A stretch of 64,000 nucleotides of DNA from Auanema rhodensis (Eukaryota > Animalia > Nematoda), in NCBI GenBank assembly GCA_964057225.1, contig OZ059896.1, positions 19,530,001 through 19,594,000 on the forward strand, read 5' to 3'. A model generated the notes under the pieces. That model worked only from the letters and a program-made list of their open reading frames with translations, did not search any database and was not told where the DNA came from. A program made the translations under genes and the position numbers. Below are positions 39,901 to 53,352 of the stretch, in pieces (the stretch's first letter is position 1; each line of letters starts with the position of its first letter).

Positions 39901-41418
39901 AAAATTAATTCTTCAGGGTGAAAATCGAGGATATAAGTGTGAACTTATATCAGTTGATATATCGGTGCATTTTTAAGCTAGCGCAAATCTGATAACACAG
40001 ATCAACGCAGCTTAAAAATCCGCATCGAATGCACTATACTACATTGAGAAACGCTTAATACAAAAATTAGTTATGATCGTTTGAAAAATGATGCATTAGT
40101 GTATGTTGAGTTTCCATGTACACTCAACATTGCTTCCAAAAACATTTTGACAAAAATTTTTTCGAAAAATTTCAAAATAATTTAGCAAAAAGTAGATGTT
40201 TTTAGATTCCTTTTTTCAAGGCAATGACGATGGACAATGTTATTCAACGAAAAAATTAATTCTTCAGGGTGAAAATCGAGGATATAAGTGTGAACTTATA
40301 TCAGTTGATATATCGGTGCATTTTTAAGCTAGCGCAAATCTGATAACACAGATCGACGCAGCTTAAAAATCCGCATTGAATGCACTATACTACATTGAGA
40401 AACGCTTAATACAAAAATTAGTTATGATCGTTTGAAAAATGATGCATTAGTGTATGTTGAGTTTCCATGTACACTCAACATTGCTTCCAAAAACATTTTG
40501 ACAAAAATTTTTTCAAAAAATTTCAAAATAATTTAGCAAAAAGTAGATGTTTTTAGATTCCTTTTTTCAAGGCAAAGACGATGGACAATGTTATTCAACG
40601 AAAAAATTAATTCTTCAGGGTGAAAATCGAGGATATAAGTGTGAACTTATATCAGTTGATATATCGGTGCATTTTTAAGCTAGCGCAAATCTGATAACAC
40701 AGATCGACGCAGCTTAAAAATCCGCATCGAATGCACTATACTACATTGAGAAACGCTTAATACAAAAATTAGTTATGATCGTTTGAAAAATGATGCATTA
40801 GTGTATGTTGAGTTTCCATGTACACTCAACATTGCTTCCAAAAACATTTTGACAAAAATTTTTTCGAAAAATTTCAAAATAATTTAGCAAAAAGTAGATG
40901 TTTTTAGATTCCTTTTTTCAAGGCAAAGACGATGGACAATGTTATTCAACGAAAAAATTAATTCTTCAGGGTGAAAATCGAGGATATAAGTGTGAACTTA
41001 TATCAGTTGATATCTCGGTGCATTTTTAAGCTAGCGCAAATCTGATAACACAGATCGACGCAGCTTAAAAATCCGCATCGAATGCACTATACTACATTGA
41101 GAAACGCTTAATACAAAAATTAGTTATGATCGTTTGAAAAATGATGCATTAGTGTATGTTGAGTTTCCATGTACACTCAACATTGCTTCCAAAAACATTT
41201 TGACAAAAATTTTTTCGAAAAATTTCAAAATAATTTAGCAAAAAGTAGATGTTTTTAGATTCCTTTTTTCAAGGCAAAGACGATGGACAATGTTATTCAA
41301 CGAAAAAATTAATTCTTCAGGGTGAAAATCGAGGATATAAGTGTGAACTTATATCAGTTGATATCTCGGTGCATTTTTAAGCTAGCGCAAATCTGATAAC
41401 ACAGATCGACGCAGCTTA

Positions 41419-44400
41419 AAAATCCGCATCGAATGCACTATACTACATTGAGAAACGCTTAATACAAGAATTAGTTATGATCGTTTGAAAAATGATGCAT
41501 TAGTGTATGTTGAGTTTCCATGTACACTCAACATTGCTTCCAAAAACATTTTGACAAAAAATTTTTCGAAAAATTTCAAAATAATTTAGCAAAAAGTAGA
41601 TGTTTTTAGATTCCTTTTTTCAAGGCAAAGACGATGGACAATGTTATTCAACGAAAAAATTAATTCTTCAGGGTGAAAATCAAGGATATAAGTGTGAACT
41701 TATATCAGTTGATATATCGGTGCATTTTTAAGCTAGCGCAAATCTGATAACACAGATCAACGCAGCTTAAAAATCCGCATCGAATGCACTATACTACATT
41801 GAGAAACGCTTAATACAAAAATTAGTTATGATCGTTTGAAAAATGATGCATTAGTGTATGTTGAGTTTCCATGTACACTCAACATTGCTTCCAAAAACAT
41901 TTTGACAAAAATTTTTTTGAAAAATTTCAAAATAATTTAGCAAAAAGTAGATGTTTTTAGATTCCTATTTTCAAGGCAAAGACGATGGACAATGTTATTC
42001 AACGAAAAAATTAATTCTTCAGGGTGAAAATCGAGGATATAAGTGTAAACTTATATCAGTTGATATCTCGGTGCATTTTTAAGCTAGCGCAAATCTGATA
42101 ACACAGATCGACGCAGCTTAAAAATCCGCATCGAATGCACTATACTACATTGAGAAACGCTTAATACAAAAATTAGTTATGATCGTTTGAAAAATGATGC
42201 ATTAGTGTATGTTGAGTTTCCATGTACACTCAACATTGCTTCCAAAAACATTTTGACAAAAATTTTTTCGAAAAATTTCAAAATAATTTAGCAAAAAGTA
42301 GATGTTTTTAGATTCCTATTTTCAAGGCAAAGACGATGGACAATGTTATTCAACGAAAAAATTAATTCTTCAGGGTGAAAATCGAGGATATAAGTGTAAA
42401 CTTATATCAGTCGATATCTCGGTGCATTTTTAAGCTAGCGCAAATCTGATAACACAGATCGACGCAGCTTAAAAATCCGCATCGAAAGCACTATACTACA
42501 TTGAGAAACGCTTAATACAAAAATTAGTTATGATCGTTTGAAAAATGATGCATTAGTGTATGTTGAGTTTCCATGTACACTCAACATTGCTTCCAAAAAC
42601 ATTTTGACAAAAATTTTTTCGAAAAATTTCAAAATAATTTAGCAAAAAGTAGATGTTTTTAGATTCCTTTTTTCAAGGCAAAGACGATGGACAATGTTAT
42701 TCAACGAAAAAATTAATTCTTCAGGGTGAAAATCGAGGATATAAGTGTGAACTTATATCAGTTGATATCTCGGTGCATTTTTAAGCTAGCGCAAATCTGA
42801 TAACACAGATCGACGCAGCTTAAAAATCCGCATCGAATGCACTATACTACATTGAGAAACGCTTAATACAAGAATTAGTTATGATCGTTTGAAAAATGAT
42901 GCATTAGTGTATGTTGAGTTTCCATGTACACTCAACATTGCTTCCAAAAACATTTTGACAAAAAATTTTTCGAAAAATTTCAAAATAATTTAGCAAAAAG
43001 TAGATGTTTTTAGATTCCTTTTTTCAAGGCAAAGACGATGGACAATGTTATTCAACGAAAAAATTAATTCTTCAGGGTGAAAATCAAGGATATAAGTGTG
43101 AACTTATATCAGTTGATATATCGGTGCATTTTTAAGCTAGCGCAAATCTGATAACACAGATCAACGCAGCTTAAAAATCCGCATCGAATGCACTATACTA
43201 CATTGAGAAACGCTTAATACAAAAATTAGTTATGATCGTTTGAAAAATGATGCATTAGTGTATGTTGAGTTTCCATGTACACTCAACATTGCTTCCAAAA
43301 ACATTTTGACAAAAATTTTTTTGAAAAATTTCAAAATAATTTAGCAAAAAGTAGATGTTTTTAGATTCCTATTTTCAAGGCAAAGACGATGGACAATGTT
43401 ATTCAACGAAAAAATTAATTCTTCAGGGTGAAAATCGAGGATATAAGTGTAAACTTATATCAGTTGATATCTCGGTGCATTTTTAAGCTAGCGCAAATCT
43501 GATAACACAGATCGACGCAGCTTAAAAATCCGCATCGAATGCACTATACTACATTGAGAAACGCTTAATACAAAAATTAGTTATGATCGTTTGAAAAATG
43601 ATGCATTAGTGTATGTTGAGTTTCCATGTACACTCAACATTGCTTCCAAAAACATTTTGACAAAAATTTTTTCGAAAAATTTCAAAATAATTTAGCAAAA
43701 AGTAGATGTTTTTAGATTTCTATTTTCAAGGCAAAGACGATGGACAATGTTATTCAACGAAAAAATTAATTCTTCAGGGTGAAAATCGAGGATATAAGTG
43801 TAAACTTATATCAGTCGATATCTCGGTGCATTTTTAAGCTAGCGCAAATCTGATAACACAGATCGACGCAGCTTAAAAATCCGCATCGAAAGCACTATAC
43901 TACATTGAGAAACGCTTAATACAAAAATTAGTTATGATCGTTTGAAAAATGATGCATTAGTGTATGTTGAGTTTCCATGTACACTCAACATTGCTTCCAA
44001 AAACATTTTGACAAAAATTTTTTCGAAAAATTTCAAAATAATTTAGCAAAAAGTAGATATTTTTAGATTCCATTTTTCAAGGCAAAGACGATAGACAATG
44101 TTATTCAACGAAAAAATTAATTCTTCAGGGTGAAAATCGAGGATATAGGTGTAAACTTATATCAGTTGATATCTCGGTGCATTTTTAAGCTAGCGCAAAT
44201 CTGATAACACAGATCGACGCAGCTTAAAAATCCGCATCGAATGCACTATACTACATTGAGAAACGCTTAATACAAAAATTAGTTATGATCGTTTGAAAAA
44301 TGATGCATTAGTGTATGTTGAGTTTCCATGTACACTCAACATTGCTTCCAAAAACATTTTGACAAAAATTTTTTCGAAAAATTTCAAAATAATTTAGCAA

Positions 44401-46332
44401 AAAGTAGATGTTTTTAGATTCCTTTTTACAAGGCAAAGACGATGGACAATGTTATTCAACGAAAAAATTAATTCTTCAGGGTGAAAATCGAGGATATAAG
44501 TGTGAACTTATATCAGTTGATATCTCGGTGCATTTTTAAGCTAGCGCAAATCTGATAACACAGATCGACGCAGCTTAAAAATCCGCATCGAATGCACTAT
44601 ACTACATTGAGAAACGCTTAATACAAGAATTAGTTATGATCGTTTGAAAAATGATGCATTAGTGTATGTTGAGTTTCCATGTACACTCAACATTGCTTCC
44701 AAAAACATTTTGACAAAAAATTTTTCGAAAAATTTCAAAATAATTTAGCAAAAAGTAGATGTTTTTAGATTCCTTTTTTCAAGGCAAAGACGATGGACAA
44801 TGTTATTCAACGAAAAAATTAATTCTTCAGGGTGAAAATCAAGGATATAAGTGTGAACTTATATCAGTTGATATATCGGTGCATTTTTAAGCTAGCGCAA
44901 ATCTGATAACACAGATCAACGCAGCTTAAAAATCCGCATCGAATGCACTATACTACATTGAGAAACGCTTAATACAAAAATTAGTTATGATCGTTTGAAA
45001 AATGATGCATTAGTGTATGTTGAGTTTCCATGTACACTCAACATTGCTTCCAAAAACATTTTGACAAAAATTTTTTTGAAAAATTTCAAAATAATTTAGC
45101 AAAAAGTAGATGTTTTTAGATTCCTATTTTCAAGGCAAAGACGATGGACAATGTTATTCAACGAAAAAATTAATTCTTCAGGGTGAAAATCGAGGATATA
45201 AGTGTAAACTTATATCAGTTGATATCTCGGTGCATTTTTAAGCTAGCGCAAATCTGATAACACAGATCGACGCAGCTTAAAAATCCGCATCGAATGCACT
45301 ATACTACATTGAGAAACGCTTAATACAAAAATTAGTTATGATCGTTTGAAAAATGATGCATTAGTGTATGTTGAGTTTCCATGTACACTCAACATTGCTT
45401 CCAAAAACATTTTGACAAAAATTTTTTCGAAAAATTTCAAAATAATTTAGCAAAAAGTAGATGTTTTTAGATTCCTATTTTCAAGGCAAAGACGATGGAC
45501 AATGTTATTCAACGAAAAAATTAATTCTTCAGGGTGAAAATCGAGGATATAAGTGTAAACTTATATCAGTCGATATCTCGGTGCATTTTTAAGCTAGCGC
45601 AAATCTGATAACACAGATCGACGCAGCTTAAAAATCCGCATCGAAAGCACTATACTACATTGAGAAACGCTTAATACAAAAATTAGTTATGATCGTTTGA
45701 AAAATGATGCATTAGTGTATGTTGAGTTTCCATGTACACTCAACATTGCTTCCAAAAACATTTTGACAAAAATTTTTTCGAAAAATTTCAAAATAATTTA
45801 GCAAAAAGTAGATATTTTTAGATTCCATTTTTCAAGGCAAAGACGATAGACAATGTTATTCAACGAAAAAATTAATTCTTCAGGGTGAAAATCGAGGATA
45901 TAGGTGTAAACTTATATCAGTTGATATCTCGGTGCATTTTTAAGCTAGCGCAAATCTGATAACACAGATCGACGCAGCTTAAAAATCCGCATCGAATGCA
46001 CTATACTACATTGAGAAACGCTTAATACAAAAATTAGTTATGATCGTTTGAAAAATGATGCATTAGTGTATGTTGAGTTTCCATGTACACTCAACATTGC
46101 TTCCAAAAACATTTTGACAAAAATTTTTTCGAAAAATTTCAAAATAATTTAGCAAAAAGTAGATGTTTTTAGATTCCTTTTTTCAAGGCAAAGACGATGG
46201 ACAATGTTATTCAACGAAAAAATTAATTCTTCAGGGTGAAAATCGAAAATATAAGTGTAAACTTATATCAGTTGATATCTCGGTGCATTTTTAAGCTAGC
46301 GCAAATCTGATAACACAGATCGACGCAGCTTA
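41419..46332. repeat. Variable 4/5-mer higher-order repeat x3
   Basis: A monomer with p50G,p143A,p264A,p341A lies at 41419, 42823 and 44578. Each is followed by p149T/p198A/p278A, then p292C, then p16A monomers. Confidence 0.85.
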
Positions 46333-48438
46333 AAAATCCGCATCGAATGCACTATACTACATTGAGAAACGCTTAATACAAGAATTAGTTATGATCGTTT
46401 GAAAAATGATGCATTAGTGTATGTTGAGTTTCCATGTACACTCAACATTGCTTCCAAAAACATTTTGACAAAAATTTTTTCGAAAAATTTCAAAATAATT
46501 TAGCAAAAAGTAGATGTTTTTAGATTCCTTTTTTCAAGGCAAAGACGATGGACAATGTTATTCAACGAAAAAATTAATTCTTCAGGGTGAAAATCGAGGA
46601 TATAAGTGTGAACTTATATCAGTTGATATCTCGGTGCATTTTTAAGCTAGCGCAAATCTCATAACACAGATCGACGCAGCTTAAAAATCCGCATCGAATG
46701 CACTATACTACATTGAGAAACGCTTAATACAAAAATTAGTTATGATCGTTTGAAAAATGATGCATTAGTGTATGTTGAGTTTCCATGTACACTCAACATT
46801 GCTTCCAAAAACATTTTGACAAAAATTTTTTCGAAAAATTTCAAAATAATTTAGCAAAAAGTAGATGTTTTTAGATTCCCTTTTTCAAGGCAAAGATGAT
46901 GGACAATGTTATTCAACGAAAAAATTAATTCTTCAGGGTGAAAATCGAGGATATAAGTGTGAACTTATATCAGTTGATATCTCGGTGCATTTTTAAGCTA
47001 GCGCAAATCTCATAACACAGATCGACGCAGCTTAAAAATCCGCATCGAATGCACTATACTACATTGAGAAACGCTTAATACAAGAATTAGTTATGATCGT
47101 TTGAAAAATGATGCATTAGTGTATGTTGAGTTTCCATGTACACTCAACATTGCTTCCAAAAACATTTTGACAAAAATTTTTTCGAAAAATTTCAAAATAA
47201 TTTAGCAAAAAGTAGATGTTTTTAGATTCCTTTTTTCAAGGCAAAGACGATGGACAATGTTATTCAACGAAAAAATTAATTCTTCAGGGTGAAAATCGAG
47301 GATATAAGTGTGAACTTATATCAGTTGATATCTCGGTGCATTTTTAAGCTAGCGCAAATCTCATAACACAGATCGACGCAGCTTAAAAATCCGCATCGAA
47401 TGCACTATACTACATTGAGAAACGCTTAATACAAAAATTAGTTATGATCGTTTGAAAAATGATGCATTAGTGTATGTTGAGTTTCCATGTACACTCAACA
47501 TTGCTTCCAAAAACATTTTGACAAAAATTTTTTCGAAAAATTTCAAAATAATTTAGCAAAAAGTAGATGTTTTTAGATTCCTTTTTTCAAGGCAAAGACG
47601 ATGGACAATGTTATTCAACGAAAAAATTAATTCTTCAGGGTGAAAATCGAGGATATAAGTGTGAACTTATATCAGTTGATATCTCGGTGCATTTTTAAGC
47701 TAGCGCAAATCTCATAACACAGATCGACGCAGCTTAAAAATCCGCATCGAATGCACTATACTACATTGAGAAACGCTTAATACAAAAATTAGTTATGATC
47801 GTTTGAAAAATGATGCATTAGTGTATGTTGAGTTTCCATGTACACTCAACATTGCTTCCAAAAACATTTTGACAAAAATTTTTTCGAAAAATTTCAAAAT
47901 AATTTAGCAAAAAGTAGATATTTTTAGATTCCATTTTTCAAGGCAAAAACGATGGACAATGTTATTCAACGAAAAAATTAATTCTTCAGGGTGAAAATCG
48001 AGGATATAAGTGTAAACTTATATCAGTTGATATCTCGGTGCATTTTTAAGCTAGCGCAAATCTGATAACACAGATCGACGCAGCTTAAAAATCCGCATCG
48101 AATGCACTATACTACATTGAGAAACGCTTAATACAAAAATTAGTTATGATCGTTTGAAAAATGATGCATTAGTGTATGTTGAGTTTCCATGTACACTCAA
48201 CATTGCTTCCAAAAACATTTTGACAAAAATTTTTTCGAAAAATTTCAAAATAATTTAGCAAAAAGTAGATGTTTTTAGATTCCTTTTTTCAAGGCAAAGA
48301 CGATGGACAATGTTATTCAACGAAAAAATTAATTCTTCAGGGTGAAAATCGAGGATATAAGTGTGAACTTATATCAGTTGATATATCGGTGCATTTTTAA
48401 GCTAGCGCAAATCTGATAACACAGATCGACGCAGCTTA

Positions 48439-51246
48439 AAAATCCGCATCGAATGCACTATACTACATTGAGAAACGCTTAATACAAAAATTAGTTATGA
48501 TCGTTTGAAAAATGATGCATTAGTGTATGTTGAGTTTCCATGTACACTCAACATTGCTTCCAAAAACATTTTGACAAAAATGTTTTCGAAAAATTTCAAA
48601 ATAATTTAGCAAAAAGTAGATGTTTTTAGATTCCTTTTTTCAAGGCAAAGACGATGGACAATGTTATTCAACGAAAAAATTAATTCTTCAGGGTGAAAAT
48701 CGAGGATATAAGTGTGAACTTATATCAGTTGATATCTCGGTGCATTTTTAAGCTAGCGCAAATCTGATAACACAGAACGACGCAGCTTAAAAATCCGCAT
48801 CGAATGCACTATACTACATTGAGTAACGCTTAATACAAAAATTAGTTATGATCGTTTGAAAAATGATGCATTAGTGTATGTTGAGTTTCCATGTACACTC
48901 AACATTGCTTCCAAAAACATTTTGACAAAAATGTTTTCGAAAAGTTTCAAAATAATTTAGCAAAAAGTAGATGTTTTTAGATTCCTTTTCTCAAGGCAAA
49001 AACGATGGACAATGTTATTCAACGAAAAAATTAATTCTTCAGGGTGAAAATCGAGGATATAAGTGTGAACTTATATCAGTTGATATATCGGTGCATTTTT
49101 AAGCTAGCGCAAATCTGATAACACAGATCGACGCAGCTTAAAAATCCGTATCGAATGCACTATACTACATTGAGAAACGCTTAATACAAAAATTAGTTAT
49201 GATCGTTTGAAAAATGATGCATTAGTGTATGTTGAGTTTCCATGTACACTCAACATTGCTTCCAAAAACATTTTGACAAAAATTTTTTCGAAAAATTTCA
49301 AAATAATTTAGCAAAAAGTAGATGTTTTTGGATTCCTTTTTTCAAGGCAAAGACGATGGACAATGTTATTCAACGAAAAAATTAATTCTTCAGGGTGAAA
49401 ATCGAGGATATAAGTGTGAACTTATATCAGTTGATATCTCGGTGCATTTTTAAGCTAGCGCAAATCTGATAACACAGATCGAGGCAGCTTAAAAATCCGC
49501 ATCGAATGCACTATACTACATTGAGAAACGCTTAATACAAGAATTAGTTATGATCGTTTGAAAAATGATGCATTAGTGTATGTTGAGTTTCCATGTACAC
49601 TCAACATTGCTTCCAAAAACATTTTGACAAAAATTTTTTCGAAAAATTTCAAGATAATTTAGCAAAAAGTAGATGTTTTTAGATTCCTTTTTTCAAGGCA
49701 AAGACGATGGACAATGTTATTCAACAAAAAAATTAATTCTTCAGGGTGAAAATCGAGGATATAAGTGTGAACTTATATCAGTTGATATATCGGTGCATTT
49801 TTAAGCTAGCGCAAATCTGATAACACAGATCGACGCAGCTTAAAAATCCGCATCGAATGCACTATACTACATTGAGAAACGCTTAATACAAAAATTAGTT
49901 ATGATCGTTTGAAAAATGATGCATTAGTGTATGTTGAGTTTCCATGTACACTCAACATTGCTTCCAAAAACATTTTGACAAAAATGTTTTCGAAAAATTT
50001 CAAAATAATTTAGCAAAAAGTAGATGTTTTTAGATTCCTTTTTTCAAGGCAAAGACGATGGACAATGTTATTCAACGAAAAAATTAATTCTTCAGGGTGA
50101 AAATCGAGGATATAAGTGTGAACTTATATCAGTTGATATCTCGGTGCATTTTTAAGCTAGCGCAAATCTGATAACACAGAACGACGCAGCTTAAAAATCC
50201 GCATCGAATGCACTATACTACATTGAGTAACGCTTAATACAAAAATTAGTTATGATCGTTTGAAAAATGATGCATTAGTGTATGTTGAGTTTCCATGTAC
50301 ACTCAACATTGCTTCCAAAAACATTTTGACAAAAATGTTTTCGAAAAGTTTCAAAATAATTTAGCAAAAAGTAGATGTTTTTAGATTCCTTTTCTCAAGG
50401 CAAAAACGATGGACAATGTTATTCAACGAAAAAATTAATTCTTCAGGGTGAAAATCGAGGATATAAGTGTGAACTTATATCAGTTGATATATCGGTGCAT
50501 TTTTAAGCTAGCGCAAATCTGATAACACAGATCGACGCAGCTTAAAAATCCGCATCGAATGCACTATACTACATTGAGAAACGCTTAATACAAAAATTAG
50601 TTATGATCGTTTGAAAAATGATGCATTAGTGTATGTTGAGTTTCCATGTACACTCAACATTGCTTCCAAAAACATTTTGACAAAAATTTTTTCGAAAAAT
50701 TTCAAAATAATTTAGCAAAAAGTAGATGTTTTTGGATTCCTTTTTTCAAGGCAAAGACGATGGACAATGTTATTCAACGAAAAAATTAATTCTTCAGGGT
50801 GAAAATCGAGGATATAAGTGTGAACTTATATCAGTTGATATCTCGGTGCATTTTTAAGCTAGCGCAAATCTGATAACACAGATCGAGGCAGCTTAAAAAT
50901 CCGCATCGAATGCACTATACTACATTGAGAAACGCTTAATACAAGAATTAGTTATGATCGTTTGAAAAATGATGCATTAGTGTATGTTGAGTTTCCATGT
51001 ACACTCAACATTGCTTCCAAAAACATTTTGACAAAAATTTTTTCGAAAAATTTCAAGATAATTTAGCAAAAAGTAGATGTTTTTAGATTCCTTTTTTCAA
51101 GGCAAAGACGATGGACAATGTTATTCAACAAAAAAATTAATTCTTCAGGGTGAAAATCGAGGATATAAGTGTGAACTTATATCAGTTGATATATCGGTGC
51201 ATTTTTAAGCTAGCGCAAATCTGATAACACAGATCGACGCAGCTTA
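48439..51246. repeat. 4-mer higher-order repeat x2, 1404-bp period
   Basis: The order p144G+p339A; p35T+p144G+p155G+p201C+p212A; p190G+p343G; p50G+p162G+p235A starts at 48439 and again at 49843. Confidence 0.9.
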
Positions 51247-53352
51247 AAAATCCGCATCGAATGCACTATACTACATTGAGAAACGCTTAATACAAAAATT
51301 AGTTATGATCGTTTGAAAAATGATGCATTAGTGTATGTTGAGTTTCCATGTACACTCAACATTGCTTCCAAAAACATTTTGACAAAAATTTTTTCGAAAA
51401 ATTTCAAAATAATTTAGCAAAAAGTAGATGTTTTTAGATTCCTTTTTTCAAGGCAAAGACGATGGACAATGTTATTCAACGAAAAAATTAATTCTTCAGG
51501 GTGAAAATCGAGGATATAAGTGTGAACTTATATCAGTTGATATATCGGTGCATTTTTAAGCTAGCGCAAATCTGATAACACAGATCGACGCAGCTTAAAA
51601 ATCCGCATCGAATGCACTATACTACATTGAGAAACGCTTAATACAAAAATTAGTTATGATCGTTTGAAAAATGATGCATTAGTGTATGTTGAGTTTCCAT
51701 GTACACTCAACATTGCTTCCAAAAACATTTTGACAAAAATGTTTTCGAAAAGTTTCAAAATAATTTAGCAAAAAGTAGATGTTTTTAGATTCCTTTTTTC
51801 AAGGCAAAAACGATGGACAATGTCATTCAACGAAAAAATTAATTCTTCAGGGTGAAAATCGAGGATATAAGTGTGAACTTATATCAGTTGATATATCGGT
51901 GCATTTTTAAGCTAGCGCAAATCTGATAACACAGAACGACGCAGCTTAAAAATCCGCATCGAATGCACTATACTACATTGAGAAACGCTTAATACAAAAA
52001 TTAGTTATGATCGTTTGAAAAATGATGCATTAGTGTATGTTGAGTTTCCATGTACACTCAACATTGCTTCCAAAAACATTTTGACAAAAATTTTTTCGAA
52101 AAATTTCAAAATAATTTAGCAAAAAGTAGATGTTTTTAGATTCCTTTTTTCAAGGCAAAGACGATGGACAATGTTATTCAACGAAAAAATTAATTCTTCA
52201 GGGTGAAAATCGAGGATATAAGTGTGAACTTATATCAGTTGATATCTCGGTGCATTTTTAAGTTAGCGCAAATCTGATAACACAGAACGACGCATCTTAA
52301 AAATCCGCATCGAATGCACTATACTACATTGAGTAACGCTTAATACAAAAATTAGTTATGATCGTTTGAAAAATGATGCATTAGTGTATGTTGAGTTTCC
52401 ATGTACACTCAACATTGCTTCCAAAAACATTTTGACAAAAATTTTTTCGAAAAATTTCAAAATAATTCAGCAAAAAGTAGATGTTTTTAGATTCCTTTTT
52501 TCAAGGCAAAGACGATGGACAATGTTATTCAACGAAAAATTTAATTCTTCAGGGTGAAAATCGAGGATATAAGTGTAAACTTATATCAGTTGATATCTCG
52601 GTGCACTTTTAAGCTAGCGCAAATCTGATAACACAGATCGACGCAGCTTAAAAATCCGCATCGAATGCACTATACTACATTGAGAAACGCTTAATACAAA
52701 AATTAGTTATGATCGTTTGAAAAATGATGCATTAGTGTATGTTGAGTTTCCATGTACACTCAACATTGCTTCCAAAAACATTTTGACAAAAATTTTTTCG
52801 AAAAATTTCAAAATAATTTAGCAAAAAGTAGATGTTTTTAGATTCCTTTTTTCAAGGCAAAGACGATGGACAATGTTATTCAACGAAAAAATTAATTCTT
52901 CAGGGTGAAAATCGAGGATATAAGTGTGAACTTATATCAGTTGATATCTCGGTGCATTTTTAAGCTAGCGCAAATCTGATAACACAGATCGACGCAGCTT
53001 AAAAATCCGCATCGAATGCACTATACTACATTGAGAAACGCTTAATACAAAAATTAGTTATGATCGTTTGAAAAATGATGCATTAGTGTATGTTGAGTTT
53101 CCATGTACACTCAACATTGCTTCCAAAAACATTTTGACAAAAATTTTTTCGAAAAATTTCAAAATAATTTAGCAAAAAGTAGATGTTTTTGGATTCCTTT
53201 TTTCAAGGCAAAGACGATGGACAATGTTATTCAACGAAAAAATTAATTCTTCAGGGTGAAAATCGAGGATATAAGTGTGAACTTATATCAGTTGATATCT
53301 CGGTGCACTTTTAAGCTAGCGCAAATCTGATAACACAGATCGACGCAGCTTA

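Noticed and set aside
52366-52557. 63-aa ORF (identical copies at 57280-57471 and 59385-59576)
   Set aside because: It starts at TTG and exists only because p169 T>C converts the TAG found in the other monomers to CAG. The three copies are duplicates of one variant monomer, and the K/F/N/I-rich peptide simply reflects A/T tracts with no recognisable domain.
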